Shown: positions 46,253 to 55,222, numbered from the stretch's first letter. The stretch is 64,000 nt of DNA from Chthoniobacterales bacterium (GCA_035257485.1 DATEWZ010000092.1:4399-68398), one strand, 5' to 3'. The notes: a model not told the origin generated them from the letters alone. Program-made: numbers and translations.

Positions 46253-46399
46253 TTACGCGCGCCAGAGCAGAAATATCAGAATGATGACCACCAGCAATCC
46301 GCCGCCCGGGAAGTAACCCCAACCACTTGGCGCGAATCCGAGCGGAGGCAAGCTGCCGATCAACAAGAGAATCAGGATGATAAGGAGAATGGTGCGCAT
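46253..46399 (-). CDS. DUF3309-like small membrane protein (48 aa, below the ORF-track cutoff)
   Basis: Manual translation of the minus strand gives MRTILLIILILLLIGSLPPLGFAPSGWGYFPGGGLLVVIILIFLLWRA, matching the DUF3309 pattern (two TMs flanking WGY.P.GG). Confidence 0.65.
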   Translation of the reverse strand: MRTILLIILILLLIGSLPPLGFAPSGWGYFPGGGLLVVIILIFLLWRA

Positions 46400-46563
46400 T
46401 ACCCTTCCTACGCGGGCGCATCGCGGGCTGGTTTGCTTTTTTTAAATTGCTCCCTTCGAAAACCGCTTGCGCGCTTGATCGGCCTTCATATCATTCGTGG
46501 GCAAGTCCCGACTGCGTCTTGCCGGATGCGTCGGGAAAATTTTTTGCCCGAACGTGAATTGAA

Positions 46564-47832
46564 ATGGCAAACACGATTTTAATTGGCGCGCAGTGGGGCG
46601 ACGAAGGGAAGGGGAAGATCATCGACGTGCTGACCAGCAACGCCGATGTGATCGTGCGCAGCCAGGGTGGAAACAATGCCGGTCACACAATCGTTCACGG
46701 CGGCTCCACTTACATCCTCCATTTGATTCCGTCCGGGATCTTGCGCCGCGGAAAAGTTTGCGTCATCGGCAACGGCGTCGTTGTCGATCCAATCGCGCTC
46801 GTGAGCGAGATCGAGCATTTGCGAAAGCTCAGCGTGAAGATCGGCAAGAATCTGCTCGTTAGTAGTTGCGCGCATCTTGTGATGCCGTATCACCGCCTGC
46901 TCGACGAACAGCGCGAGCTTCGACAAGGTCGCGCGAAAATTGGAACGACCAAACGCGGGATCGGTCCCGCTTACGGCGACAAGGCCGCGCGAACCGGATT
47001 GCGCATGTCCGATTTGATGCAGCCGCGACTGTTCGCAAAAAAACTGCAGGCAAAGATCCGCGAGAACAACGCGATCCTTCGCGCGCTCGGCGCCAAGCCG
47101 ATCAATTACGACGAAGTGAATACCACATATTTGAAAGCGGGAGAAAAATTGCGGCCGTTCGTCACGAACACGGTCGTTTATCTGCATCAGGCGATTGAGA
47201 AAGGAAAAGGAATCCTGTTCGAGGGCGCGCAGGGAACGTTTCTCGATATCGATCACGGAACTTATCCATACGTGACCTCGTCGAACACGACCGCTGGTGG
47301 CGCCTGCACCGGCACCGGTGTGCCGCCACATCGAATGGATCGCGTAGTTGGTGTGATGAAGGCCTACACGACCCGCGTGGGCGAGGGGCCGTTGCCGAGC
47401 GAAGATCGACATCTCTCCGATTTGCTTCATTCCCTCGGCCGCGAGTTCGGCGCGACCACCGGCCGAGCGCGCCGTTGCGGCTGGTTCGACGCCGTCGCAA
47501 CCCGGTATTCGACTATGATCAACGGGATCGATGAACTGGCGATTACCAATCTGGACGGTCTGGACACCGTTGATCCCATCCGGATATGCGTCGGCTACCG
47601 GCTGAACGGCAAACGGCAGTCGGTTCCGCCTTGTGACGCGATCCAACTGGACAATTGCGAGCCCATTTACGAGCAGATGCCGGGTTGGAAAACGTCTACG
47701 AGTTCTGCGAAAAAACTTTCGCAACTCCCTAAAGCGACAAGAAATTACGTGAAGCGTCTCGGCGAGCTCACTGGCGCCAAAGTTTCCACCGTCAGCGTCG
47801 GACCGACTCGCGCTCAAACAATCTTTATCTAG
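46564..47832 (+). CDS. purA: adenylosuccinate synthase
   Basis: GAQWGDEGKGK, GGNNAGHT and GTTKRGIGPAY. Confidence 0.97.
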   Translation: MANTILIGAQWGDEGKGKIIDVLTSNADVIVRSQGGNNAGHTIVHGGSTYILHLIPSGILRRGKVCVIGNGVVVDPIALVSEIEHLRKLSVKIGKNLLVSSCAHLVMPYHRLLDEQRELRQGRAKIGTTKRGIGPAYGDKAARTGLRMSDLMQPRLFAKKLQAKIRENNAILRALGAKPINYDEVNTTYLKAGEKLRPFVTNTVVYLHQAIEKGKGILFEGAQGTFLDIDHGTYPYVTSSNTTAGGACTGTGVPPHRMDRVVGVMKAYTTRVGEGPLPSEDRHLSDLLHSLGREFGATTGRARRCGWFDAVATRYSTMINGIDELAITNLDGLDTVDPIRICVGYRLNGKRQSVPPCDAIQLDNCEPIYEQMPGWKTSTSSAKKLSQLPKATRNYVKRLGELTGAKVSTVSVGPTRAQTIFI

Positions 47833-47834
47833 CA

Positions 47835-48554
47835 ATGGCCGCTGCTGCCAAAGCCGTTCCGCGCCATATCGCAATTATTATGGATGGGAATGGTCGCTGG
47901 GCGAAGGAACGCGGTCTGCCTCGGATCAAGGGCCACGAGGAAGGTGCCCGGGCCGCGCGCGAGTGCGTTGAGGCCTGTGCCGAGCTGAAAGTCGATTTCC
48001 TCACCCTCTACGCGTTCTCGGCCGAGAATTGGCAGCGGCCCAAAACCGAGGTCTTTGCCCTGATGCGGCTTTTGGAAAAATTCCTCAAAGAGAAAACGCC
48101 GGAGCTCATGAAAAAAAACGTGCGCCTCCAGGCGATCGGACGCCTGACCGATTTGCCAGACGCGTGTCAGAAGCAGCTGCACAAATCGATCGAAGAAACG
48201 GCTGGCAACACCGGCGTCACGTTGATTCTCGCGCTCAGCTACGGCGGCCGGCTCGAGATCATCGATGGAATCAAAAGCCTGCTCCGCGCGATCGAACTCG
48301 GCCACATCGACAAGGGCATGATCGACGTCGCGATGTTCAGCAAACATCTATACACGCGCTACTACCCCGATCCGGATTTACTGGTCCGGACCTCCGGCGA
48401 AATGCGATTGTCGAATTTTCTGCTCTGGCAGGTTTCCTACGCGGAAATGTACGTGACTCCGAAACTCTGGCCCGACTTCACAAAGAAAGATTTGTACGCC
48501 GCGGTTGAAGAATACGGGCGGCGCCAACGGCGTTACGGACGTTCGAGCGATTAA
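47835..48554 (+). CDS. uppS: di-trans,poly-cis-undecaprenyl-diphosphate synthase
   Basis: HIAIIMDGNGRWA and RTSGEMRLSNFLLWQ. Confidence 0.95.
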   Translation: MAAAAKAVPRHIAIIMDGNGRWAKERGLPRIKGHEEGARAARECVEACAELKVDFLTLYAFSAENWQRPKTEVFALMRLLEKFLKEKTPELMKKNVRLQAIGRLTDLPDACQKQLHKSIEETAGNTGVTLILALSYGGRLEIIDGIKSLLRAIELGHIDKGMIDVAMFSKHLYTRYYPDPDLLVRTSGEMRLSNFLLWQVSYAEMYVTPKLWPDFTKKDLYAAVEEYGRRQRRYGRSSD

Positions 48555-49747
48555 ACAAACGCTTCCGCCACCGAGTCGGCCAGCGCTTTGCCCGCGCGCG
48601 TGAGAATAAAGTTTCCATTCACGCGTTGAAGCAAACCCAGCCGCACGAATTCGCGCGTCTCGTTTTGAAACGTCTCGAGCAGTTTTGCTGGCGCGCCGTC
48701 GTTTGTTCTCAATGCGAGGGCGATTTTCTCCGCGCGTTTCATTTCCGGAGTTAAATCCTCGCCTGAGTTGATCGGAGATTTTCCAGCAAGGACCGCGTCG
48801 GCGTAACGGCGAAAGTCCGGAACGTTTTGCCGGCGTTTCATTCCGATCGTTGAGAAGGCGCTCGGTCCAATGCCGAGATAATCCGCTCCCGACCAGTAGG
48901 CGCGGTTGTGCGCTGATTGAAAACCGTGCCGTGCGTAGTTTGAGATCTCGTAGTGTTCGTAGCCGGCCGCTTCCAGGATCGACATCGTAGTCTGGAAAAA
49001 TTCCGCGTCCGAATCGGAATCCTGCCGGAATTCGCCGCGCGCGTGCCGCAGGAAAAATTCCGTGTCCTCCTCGTAAGTCAGGCAGTAGGTCGAAATGTGG
49101 TCCGGTCCGAGGGCGACCGTTTTTTTTAAGGTGGTTCGCCATTGCTCGAGGGTTTGGCCCGGCAATCCGAACATTAGATCGACATTCACGCTCGCAAATC
49201 CAACCTCGCGCAAAATTTGGAACGACTCGCGCAAATGCGTTTCCCGATGATCGCGCCCGAGCAGCTTCAACAAATCGTCGTCCCACGATTGAATGCCGAG
49301 GCTGATCCGCGTGACGCCAAGTTTTCTCAGCAGAGCCGCTTTTTGTGCCGAAACGCTTCCCGGATTCGCTTCCATCGTCCATTCGACGAGCTCCGCCAAA
49401 TCCAGCTCCTTCCGAAAACCGCCGAGTAGAAATTCCAGTTGCTGCGTGGTCAGCGCGGTCGGCGTTCCTCCGCCAAAATAAATTGTCGAGGGTCGAAGCG
49501 GGCGCTTCTTGGCCTCTTGCCTCAGCTCGGCCAGGATCGCTTCGCAAAAGCGTTGCGTCTGTGATCGATCGAGCAGCTCCTTGTAAAACGCGCAGTAGGG
49601 ACAAATCCGCGCGCAAAACGGAATGTGCACGTAAAGGTGTCGGACTGTGTCTTCTGTAGGGGAAGCTGTCAGCTTCCCGTTTCTGCCAGGTGAGACGCTA
49701 ACAGCGTCTCCTACAGTTCGAGGGTTGTGATTCGCGGCTTCGCCCAT
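48551..49747 (-). CDS. hemW: radical-SAM heme chaperone HemW (HemN-like)
   Basis: LYVHIPFCARICPYCAF (CxxxCxxC). The start is uncertain: ATG 49747 puts a double-hairpin element inside the N-terminal extension. Confidence 0.85.
   Translation of the reverse strand: MGEAANHNPRTVGDAVSVSPGRNGKLTASPTEDTVRHLYVHIPFCARICPYCAFYKELLDRSQTQRFCEAILAELRQEAKKRPLRPSTIYFGGGTPTALTTQQLEFLLGGFRKELDLAELVEWTMEANPGSVSAQKAALLRKLGVTRISLGIQSWDDDLLKLLGRDHRETHLRESFQILREVGFASVNVDLMFGLPGQTLEQWRTTLKKTVALGPDHISTYCLTYEEDTEFFLRHARGEFRQDSDSDAEFFQTTMSILEAAGYEHYEISNYARHGFQSAHNRAYWSGADYLGIGPSAFSTIGMKRRQNVPDFRRYADAVLAGKSPINSGEDLTPEMKRAEKIALALRTNDGAPAKLLETFQNETREFVRLGLLQRVNGNFILTRAGKALADSVAEAFV
49654..49716. repeat. 63-bp CTGTAG...CTACAG double-hairpin element
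   Basis: CTGTAGG termini (49654-49660 / 49710-49716). Hairpins GGGAAGC-TGTCA-GCTTCCC and GAGACGC-TAACA-GCGTCTC. Confidence 0.8.
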
Positions 49748-49761
49748 AAAATCAAAGGCCC

Positions 49762-50835
49762 GTGTCGATCCGAAACGTAACGCTGGTTTTCTTTTCCGCC
49801 ATCGCGGCCGCGTCGGCTCAAACGCCGGCTCCGGACGAGACGGGGCCACCCACGCCAACTCCGGCGCCGGAAAGATCGATCGTCTATGCGGCGCACGACG
49901 AAAACGCGATCACCGACTACAACACCGACTCGCGCGTGGTGAAAAAGATGGTCGATCGGCTCGTCTTGGCGGTGACCGGTCAACCGGACGTTGGCAAAGC
50001 GTGGGGTTCGCTGGTCGCGCCTAACGACAAGGTTGGAATCAAAATCTCGGCCGCGGGCGGCGAACTGTTTACCACCCATCACGACATTGTGACCGCGATC
50101 GCGGACGGATTGGTCGCGGCCGGTCATCCGCGCAGCAGCATTGTCGTTTGGGACCGATCGATCGATGGAACGAAAGGCGCCGGTTACAAAAAGGCTGACG
50201 GCTTCGCATTGAAATCAATCACGCCCCGCACCGGCTACAATCTGAAGGAGACGATCAGCGCGCCGCTCCTCGGCAAATTGGTCTGGGGCGATCTCGAGTA
50301 TGAGCCCGAGGGCGGAAAAAGCGTTCCGCTCTCTGACACCGAGAACACGAGCAACGTCAGCCATTTTTCGAACATTCTCGCGACCGAGGTAACAAAAATC
50401 ATCAACGTCCCGGTGATGAGCAGCACCACCGCGAATGGCATCGCCGGTTGTCTTTACAACGTGACCATCCCAAACCTCGACAACTGGCGGCGCTTCTCCA
50501 TGGGCACGCCGTTCGGCGCCGAGAGCATCGCGATGATTTATTCCAATCCGATGATCTCGCAAAAGGTCGTGCTCAACATCATGGACGGGCTCGTCGCGCA
50601 ATACGGCGGCGGCCCGGAATCGCAGCCGAATTTCGCCGTCCATCACGACACGATTTACGCGAGCAAGGATCCGGTCGCGATCGATACCGTCGCGCTCAAA
50701 CGCTTGGAGGAATGGCGCAAGAAAGGAAATTTTCCGCCAATTGGCCGGCTCGCGAGTTATGTCCAAACCGCAACTGCCATGGGCCTCGGCAATTCGGACA
50801 TGAGCCACATTGAGGTGAAACATGTCGGTCAGTGA
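49762..50835 (+). CDS. secreted DUF362-like protein
   Basis: Signal peptide (VTLVFFSAIAAASAQ). VGIKISAAGG...IVVWDRS resembles DUF362 proteins. Family call from memory. Confidence 0.6.
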   Translation: MSIRNVTLVFFSAIAAASAQTPAPDETGPPTPTPAPERSIVYAAHDENAITDYNTDSRVVKKMVDRLVLAVTGQPDVGKAWGSLVAPNDKVGIKISAAGGELFTTHHDIVTAIADGLVAAGHPRSSIVVWDRSIDGTKGAGYKKADGFALKSITPRTGYNLKETISAPLLGKLVWGDLEYEPEGGKSVPLSDTENTSNVSHFSNILATEVTKIINVPVMSSTTANGIAGCLYNVTIPNLDNWRRFSMGTPFGAESIAMIYSNPMISQKVVLNIMDGLVAQYGGGPESQPNFAVHHDTIYASKDPVAIDTVALKRLEEWRKKGNFPPIGRLASYVQTATAMGLGNSDMSHIEVKHVGQ

Positions 50836-51808
50836 CGAGATTCTCTCGCGCGTTTCGCGTTCGTTTTATCTTTCGATCCGCGTTTTGCCGAGAAGACTGC
50901 GCGATCCGGTTTCGCTCGGTTATTTGCTCGCGCGCGCGTCGGACACAATCGCCGACACGGCTAACATTCCAATCGAGCTGCGTGCGGAAAATTTAAATAA
51001 GGTCGCGCGCGGAATTCAGGGAGAAGCGCTCGGGGACGCGATTGTCGATCTAAGCGCAACGATCGCGCCGCTCCAAAAAGATGAAGCCGAACGCGCGTTG
51101 ATCGAATCGCTTCAACCATTGCTCGATTGGCTCGAGCAGAGCGAAGTTGAAGATCGCGAAGATGTGCGCGGCGTTCTTGAGAAGATTAATCGCGGCCAGC
51201 TTCTCGACTTGCAACGTTTTCCAGATCCAAAGCGGATCGTCGCGCTCGAAACCGCGGCCGAGCTCGATGAATACACTTACCTCGTCGCCGGCAGCGCCGG
51301 AGAATTTTGGACGCGGCTTTGCTTTCGACATTTGCCAAAGTTCACGAGCCATAGCGAAACGGAAATGCTCGACCTGGCGAAGCGTTACGGAATGGGTCTG
51401 CAGTTGATCAACATTTTGCGCGATGCCGGCGCCGATCTTCGCGCGGGCCGCTGTTATTTTCCAAACGAAGAGCTCGCGGCGATCGCGATGGAGCCGTCGC
51501 AGACTGTGCGCGAGCCCGAACGTTTTCTGGCGATTTATCGAAAGTGGCGAGAGAAAGCGGAGCGGGGGATTGCTGATGGAATGAAATACGCCGACGCGGT
51601 CCGCAATCGCCGTGTGCGTATCGCGACCGCTCTTCCCGCGCTCATCGGCGCGCGCACGCTCGCGCTTTTGCGCGAAGCCGGCGCGACCGCGCTTCATCGC
51701 CACATCAAAGTTTCGCGGAAAGAAGTTCGCTCAATCACGAGCTCGCTCGCGCTCAGTCTCGCCTCGCGCTCGCGCATCAATTCGCTCTACCGCGAACTCT
51801 CGCGCTAA
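50822..51808 (+). CDS. squalene/phytoene synthase-family protein (HpnC/HpnD-like)
   Basis: SFYLSIRVLP...LLARASDTIAD (first Asp-rich motif)...YTYLVAGSAGEF...LINILRDAGADL (second motif). Confidence 0.8.
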   Translation: MSVSDEILSRVSRSFYLSIRVLPRRLRDPVSLGYLLARASDTIADTANIPIELRAENLNKVARGIQGEALGDAIVDLSATIAPLQKDEAERALIESLQPLLDWLEQSEVEDREDVRGVLEKINRGQLLDLQRFPDPKRIVALETAAELDEYTYLVAGSAGEFWTRLCFRHLPKFTSHSETEMLDLAKRYGMGLQLINILRDAGADLRAGRCYFPNEELAAIAMEPSQTVREPERFLAIYRKWREKAERGIADGMKYADAVRNRRVRIATALPALIGARTLALLREAGATALHRHIKVSRKEVRSITSSLALSLASRSRINSLYRELSR

Positions 51809-51855
51809 AAAGCGCGTACATCTGACTGCTTGTTGCTCTAATTCTCGTTAGGCGT

Positions 51856-52329
51856 ATGTCGTTCGAGCAGCTGTCCTATCTCGCTCAAATCATTGCCTCG
51901 GTTGGCTTCATCGTCTCGTTGGTCTTTGTCGGTCGACAGATCAAACACAACACGAGCGCGCTTCAGCGCAACGAACACAATTCCACGATGTCGCAGTGGA
52001 CGGTGCTTCGTCAGGCGATCGCGCAAAATCGCGACATAGCCGAGCTCATGACTGCCGGCCTTGATGCCGATCGCGACCTCGATGCTGCTGATCAGTTGAG
52101 AATGGAGCAGATGTTGCAGGAATATGCGTGGGCCTCTTTCCATATTTGGGACCGAACGCAACGCGGTGTTTTTCCAAAGGGAACTTTCGAAGCGACTGCT
52201 GGGGCGTTCATGTCCGGTTTGCTCACGACGCCCCGTGGCGAATCGTGGTGGCGCACAGCAAAAGGTATTGGTTTCGTTCCCGCGTTTGTCGCAGACGTCG
52301 ATGCCGTGCTTGCCAATCAGAGAAAATAG
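51856..52329 (+). CDS. hypothetical membrane-anchored protein
   Basis: 157 aa with one N-terminal TM (LAQIIASVGFIVSLVFVG). No family recognised. Confidence 0.5.
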   Translation: MSFEQLSYLAQIIASVGFIVSLVFVGRQIKHNTSALQRNEHNSTMSQWTVLRQAIAQNRDIAELMTAGLDADRDLDAADQLRMEQMLQEYAWASFHIWDRTQRGVFPKGTFEATAGAFMSGLLTTPRGESWWRTAKGIGFVPAFVADVDAVLANQRK

Positions 52330-53180
52330 TTTCGCTGTTTCTCGCTGATCGGTTTCTCGAGGCGCTCGAGGACTTGCATCATGTCTTCCCAGACTTTGCG
52401 TTTTTCCGACGGCGCTTGGTTTCGCAGCAAATACGCCGGGTGATACGTCACCATCAACGGCGTGCCGTTGAATGAATGCCAACGTCCGCGGAGCTGATGC
52501 ATTGGCGCGCGATTCCCGAGAAGTCCTTCCACCGCCGTTGCGCCGAGCGCAACGAGCACCTTCGGCTTGATGATGTCGATCTGCTCCATCAAATACGGCC
52601 GGCAGGTTTGCATTTCGCTCGGCGTCGGCGGCCGATTGCCGTACGCGCTTCCCGGCGTGTCCGGCCGGCATTTCAAAATGTTGGCGATGTAAACTTCTTC
52701 GCGCGCGAACCCCATCGCCTTGATAATCTTGGTCAATAATTGACCCGCGCGGCCGACGAACGGTTCGCCTTGCGCGTCTTCATCCGCGCCCGGTGCTTCA
52801 CCGACAAACATGAGATCGGCGTCCGGATTTCCGACGCCGAAAACGGTTTGCGTGCGCGAGCTCGCGAGGTTTGGACATTTCACGCACGCAGCCACGCGCT
52901 CCTTAATCGCGGCGAGCTTGCCGGCGTTCTGACCTTTGGAGGGACACGCGCTGTCGTGTCCCATTAATTCGACCGGGACTGGCGCCGACGGCGCGGCGCC
53001 CTCCAGTACGTCGGCGCGGGTCGCTACCGGAATTCCCTTCAGCGCATCGATCACGCTGCGCGACGCGCACGGTTGGCGCGCGCCTTCGTTGCGCATGCGC
53101 TCGAGAGTTTCCAAAACGGTTTCGAGCGCATGCGGGAACTGCATCAACCGCATATTGGGAAGTTTTGCGCGAATCGGCAA
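52317..53180 (-). CDS. family 4 uracil-DNA glycosylase
   Basis: CVKCPNL...[12 protein letters not shown]...[10 protein letters not shown]...HPAYLLR. Confidence 0.9.
   Translation of the reverse strand: MPIRAKLPNMRLMQFPHALETVLETLERMRNEGARQPCASRSVIDALKGIPVATRADVLEGAAPSAPVPVELMGHDSACPSKGQNAGKLAAIKERVAACVKCPNLASSRTQTVFGVGNPDADLMFVGEAPGADEDAQGEPFVGRAGQLLTKIIKAMGFAREEVYIANILKCRPDTPGSAYGNRPPTPSEMQTCRPYLMEQIDIIKPKVLVALGATAVEGLLGNRAPMHQLRGRWHSFNGTPLMVTYHPAYLLRNQAPSEKRKVWEDMMQVLERLEKPISEKQRNYFL
52937..52962 (+). repeat. GGAGGGAC hairpin element inside the udg N-terminal region (read antisense by the gene)
   Basis: TGGAGGGACACGCGCTGTCGTGTCCC, 25/26 identical to mutL 36586-36611. Confidence 0.85.
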
Positions 53181-53198
53181 ATGATTTGATCATGCGCG

Positions 53199-54227
53199 GT
53201 GAGCTCAAAGCTGAGCGATTACGATTATCCGCTGCCGAACGACCTCATCGCGAAACGCCCGGCGGCGCGCCGCGATGAATCGCGCATGATGGTTTTGCAT
53301 CGCGATTCGGAGAGGATCGAGCATCGGCAGTTTCGTGATCTGAAATCTTTTCTGCGCACGGGCGACTTGCTCGTGCTCAACAACACTCGCGTCCTTCCCG
53401 CGCGCAGATTTTCCGACGATCACGCGATTGAGTTCTTGTTCCTGGAAAAACTCGGAGCCGCACGCTGGAAATGTTTGATCACACCGGGGCGCAAAATGCG
53501 CCTCGGCGCGACGACAAAGATCGACAACGTCACGTTGCGCGTTGAAGAAATTCTGCCGGACGGCGAGCGAATCATCGCGCTCGAGGCAGATGTCGATCCT
53601 TACGCGCACGGATCGATGCCGTTGCCGCCTTACATCGGCCGCGAAAGCGATCTCGCAGACAGCGAGCGCTATCAAACCGTCTTCGCAGAACAACCGGGCG
53701 CGCTCGCCGCGCCGACCGCGGGTCTGCATTTCACGCCCGAGATTTTGTCCGAGCTCCCGCACACGTTCATCACGCTCCATGTCGGGCCAGGAACGTTTCG
53801 GCCGGTTCATTCCGAAAATGTTGCCGAGCACAAAATGCATTCGGAATCATTTTCCATTTCCGCCGAAGCCGCGGGAAAGATCGACAACGCGCAGCGGATC
53901 GTCGCCGTCGGCACAACCACTGTCCGCGTTTTGGAAGCGGCCATTCGATCTGGAGGGACGACCTCCGTGTCGTCCGAAGAAAATATATGGGACGCGACGG
54001 AGCGCGTCCCTCCAATTAAAGATGGGTCAACCGATTTGTTTATTTATCCGCCATTCGAGTTTCGCGTCGTCGACGCGCTGCTCACCAATTTTCATCTCCC
54101 GCGTTCGACCTTGCTTATGCTCGTGAGCGCGTTTGCCGGCCGCGAATTCTTGCTGCGCGCCTACGCGGAAGCGATCCGCGAGCGCTATCGCTTTTACAGT
54201 TACGGCGATTGCATGTTGATCTTATAG
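53199..54227 (+). CDS. queA: S-adenosylmethionine:tRNA ribosyltransferase-isomerase
   Basis: YDYPLPNDLIA, LPPYI, TAGLHFT, HVGPGTF and NFHLPRSTLLMLVSAF. Confidence 0.95.
   Translation: MSSKLSDYDYPLPNDLIAKRPAARRDESRMMVLHRDSERIEHRQFRDLKSFLRTGDLLVLNNTRVLPARRFSDDHAIEFLFLEKLGAARWKCLITPGRKMRLGATTKIDNVTLRVEEILPDGERIIALEADVDPYAHGSMPLPPYIGRESDLADSERYQTVFAEQPGALAAPTAGLHFTPEILSELPHTFITLHVGPGTFRPVHSENVAEHKMHSESFSISAEAAGKIDNAQRIVAVGTTTVRVLEAAIRSGGTTSVSSEENIWDATERVPPIKDGSTDLFIYPPFEFRVVDALLTNFHLPRSTLLMLVSAFAGREFLLRAYAEAIRERYRFYSYGDCMLIL
53951..54014 (+). repeat. 64-bp double-hairpin element with TGGAGGG / CCCTCCA termini inside queA
   Basis: TGGAGGGACGACCTCCGTGTCGTCC...GGGACGCGACGGAGCGCGTCCCTCCA. It encodes the extra loop GGTTSVSSEENIWDATERVPPI. 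Confidence 0.8.
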
Positions 54228-54228
54228 T

Positions 54229-54296
54229 CTTCCTCTTCCCCTTCGTCTTAATCTTAATCTCAACCGCCGAAGACGAAGATTAAGAGGAAGAGGAAG
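54229..54296. repeat. imperfect palindrome built from CTTCCTC / AAGATTA-type words after queA (terminator-like)
   Basis: CTTCCTCTTCCCCTTCGTCTTAATCTTAATC...GAAGACGAAGATTAAGAGGAAGAGGAAG. CTTCCTCTT pairs with AAGAGGAAG and CTTCGTCTT with AAGACGAAG. Confidence 0.7.
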
Positions 54297-54308
54297 TCGC
54301 TGAGCGTT

Positions 54309-54713
54309 GTGCTATCCTCCGCGAAAATGACTGACACAACGAAACCAAAGGGCGAGCTTGTCATTCAAACCATCGCGATGCCGAAAGACACGAACCGTGA
54401 TGGCGACATTTTCGGCGGCTGGCTCGTGTCGCAAATGGATCTCGGCAGCGCGATCCTCGCCGGACAAATCGCAAAGTGTCGCGTGGTGACGGTTGCGATC
54501 GAAGGGATGGCGTTTCTGAATCCGGTGCGAGTCGGCGACACTGTTGCGTGCTATGCGTGGCTCGAAAAAACCGGGCGAACGTCGATGAGAATCTGCGTCG
54601 ACGTGTGGGTGACTCGTTATCGCACGGGCGAGCGCGTGAAAGTCACGAGCGGCGTTTTTACTTATGTCGCGCTTGGACCGGACGGAAAACCGTGTCCAGT
54701 TAAGCCCGCCTGA
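54309..54713 (+). CDS. acyl-CoA thioesterase (hotdog fold)
   Basis: MPKDTNRDGDIFGGWLVSQMD is typical of YciA-type thioesterases. Confidence 0.8.
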   Translation: MLSSAKMTDTTKPKGELVIQTIAMPKDTNRDGDIFGGWLVSQMDLGSAILAGQIAKCRVVTVAIEGMAFLNPVRVGDTVACYAWLEKTGRTSMRICVDVWVTRYRTGERVKVTSGVFTYVALGPDGKPCPVKPA

Positions 54714-55133
54714 TCAGGGCGGCGACGGCTGGTCGGGATTCTGCGTCGCCATGATTTCGGTTGACGCGGAAACGGTGACCGGCGGCGCAATTGAATCGGT
54801 CGGCTTTGCGGGCGGTGGGGCGGATTTCGTGGAGCTGGCGACCGGCGCCGGCGGCGGAGTTGGGGCTGGGGCATCGAACACGGAAGGCATTCCGAAATCT
54901 TGCACGCTGGTTGTCACGATCGGCTCGCTTGGCTGAAGATTTTTCGTTTTCCGCTTCCACTCGCGATTGGCTTCCTTTTGCGCGCGCGCCATCTCTTTTT
55001 GCTGCTGCTTCTTTTGCTTTGCGACGTAATGCCGGTAGGCGCGTTCGCGGCGTGCTTGTGCGCTCATCGCGCAGCCGGTGAAATCGAACAGGACTGCCGA
55101 AGCAAGAACGAGGAGCAGGGTTTTCTTAAGCAC
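54714..55133 (-). CDS. hypothetical lipoprotein
   Basis: Lipobox (FDFTGC), a basic Lys/Gln-rich region, and a Pro-rich C-terminus. Confidence 0.6.
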   Translation of the reverse strand: MLKKTLLLVLASAVLFDFTGCAMSAQARRERAYRHYVAKQKKQQQKEMARAQKEANREWKRKTKNLQPSEPIVTTSVQDFGMPSVFDAPAPTPPPAPVASSTKSAPPPAKPTDSIAPPVTVSASTEIMATQNPDQPSPP

Positions 55134-55162
55134 GCCCTGTTTAGAGCAGAAGGCGTGCTAAC

Positions 55163-55222
55163 TGTAGCCGCCTCGCTCTGTCGAGGCGTTCTTCAACACG
55201 GCGACAGAGCGCCGTGGCTACA
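55163..55222. repeat. 60-bp CTGTAG...CTACA double-hairpin element, intergenic
   Basis: TGTAGCC (55163-55169) / GGCTACA (55216-55222). Hairpins CGCCTCG-CTCTGT-CGAGGCG and ACGGCG-ACAGAG-CGCCGT. The right end overlaps the opcA stop codon. Confidence 0.8.

Noticed and set aside
46507-46550. Hairpin plus A/T run upstream of purA as an attenuator or terminator
   Set aside because: The stem is only 6 bp (CCCGAC/GTCGGG) with a 17-nt loop, followed by AAAATTTTTT. That is too weak to call without transcript data.
46579-47874. 431-aa ORF antisense to purA
   Set aside because: It fully overlaps the unmistakable purA CDS. The product is Arg/Ala-rich with no motifs, typical of antisense frames in GC-rich DNA. 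The same reasoning applies to 25501-26592 (antisense deoA), 56771-57856 (antisense zwf), 20366-21205 (antisense ribBA), 4925-5653 (antisense creatininase gene), 58741-59424 and 60346-60996.
48378-49616. 412-aa alternative-frame ORF within hemW
   Set aside because: It shares the strand with hemW but is out of frame with it. The hemW frame carries the CxxxCxxC radical-SAM motif, while this one is Arg/Gly/Ser-rich junk.
51838-52671. 277-aa minus-strand ORF overlapping the 51856-52329 gene and the udg 3' end
   Set aside because: It is out of frame with the udg CDS that carries the family-4 UDG motifs, and it has low-complexity Arg-rich composition.
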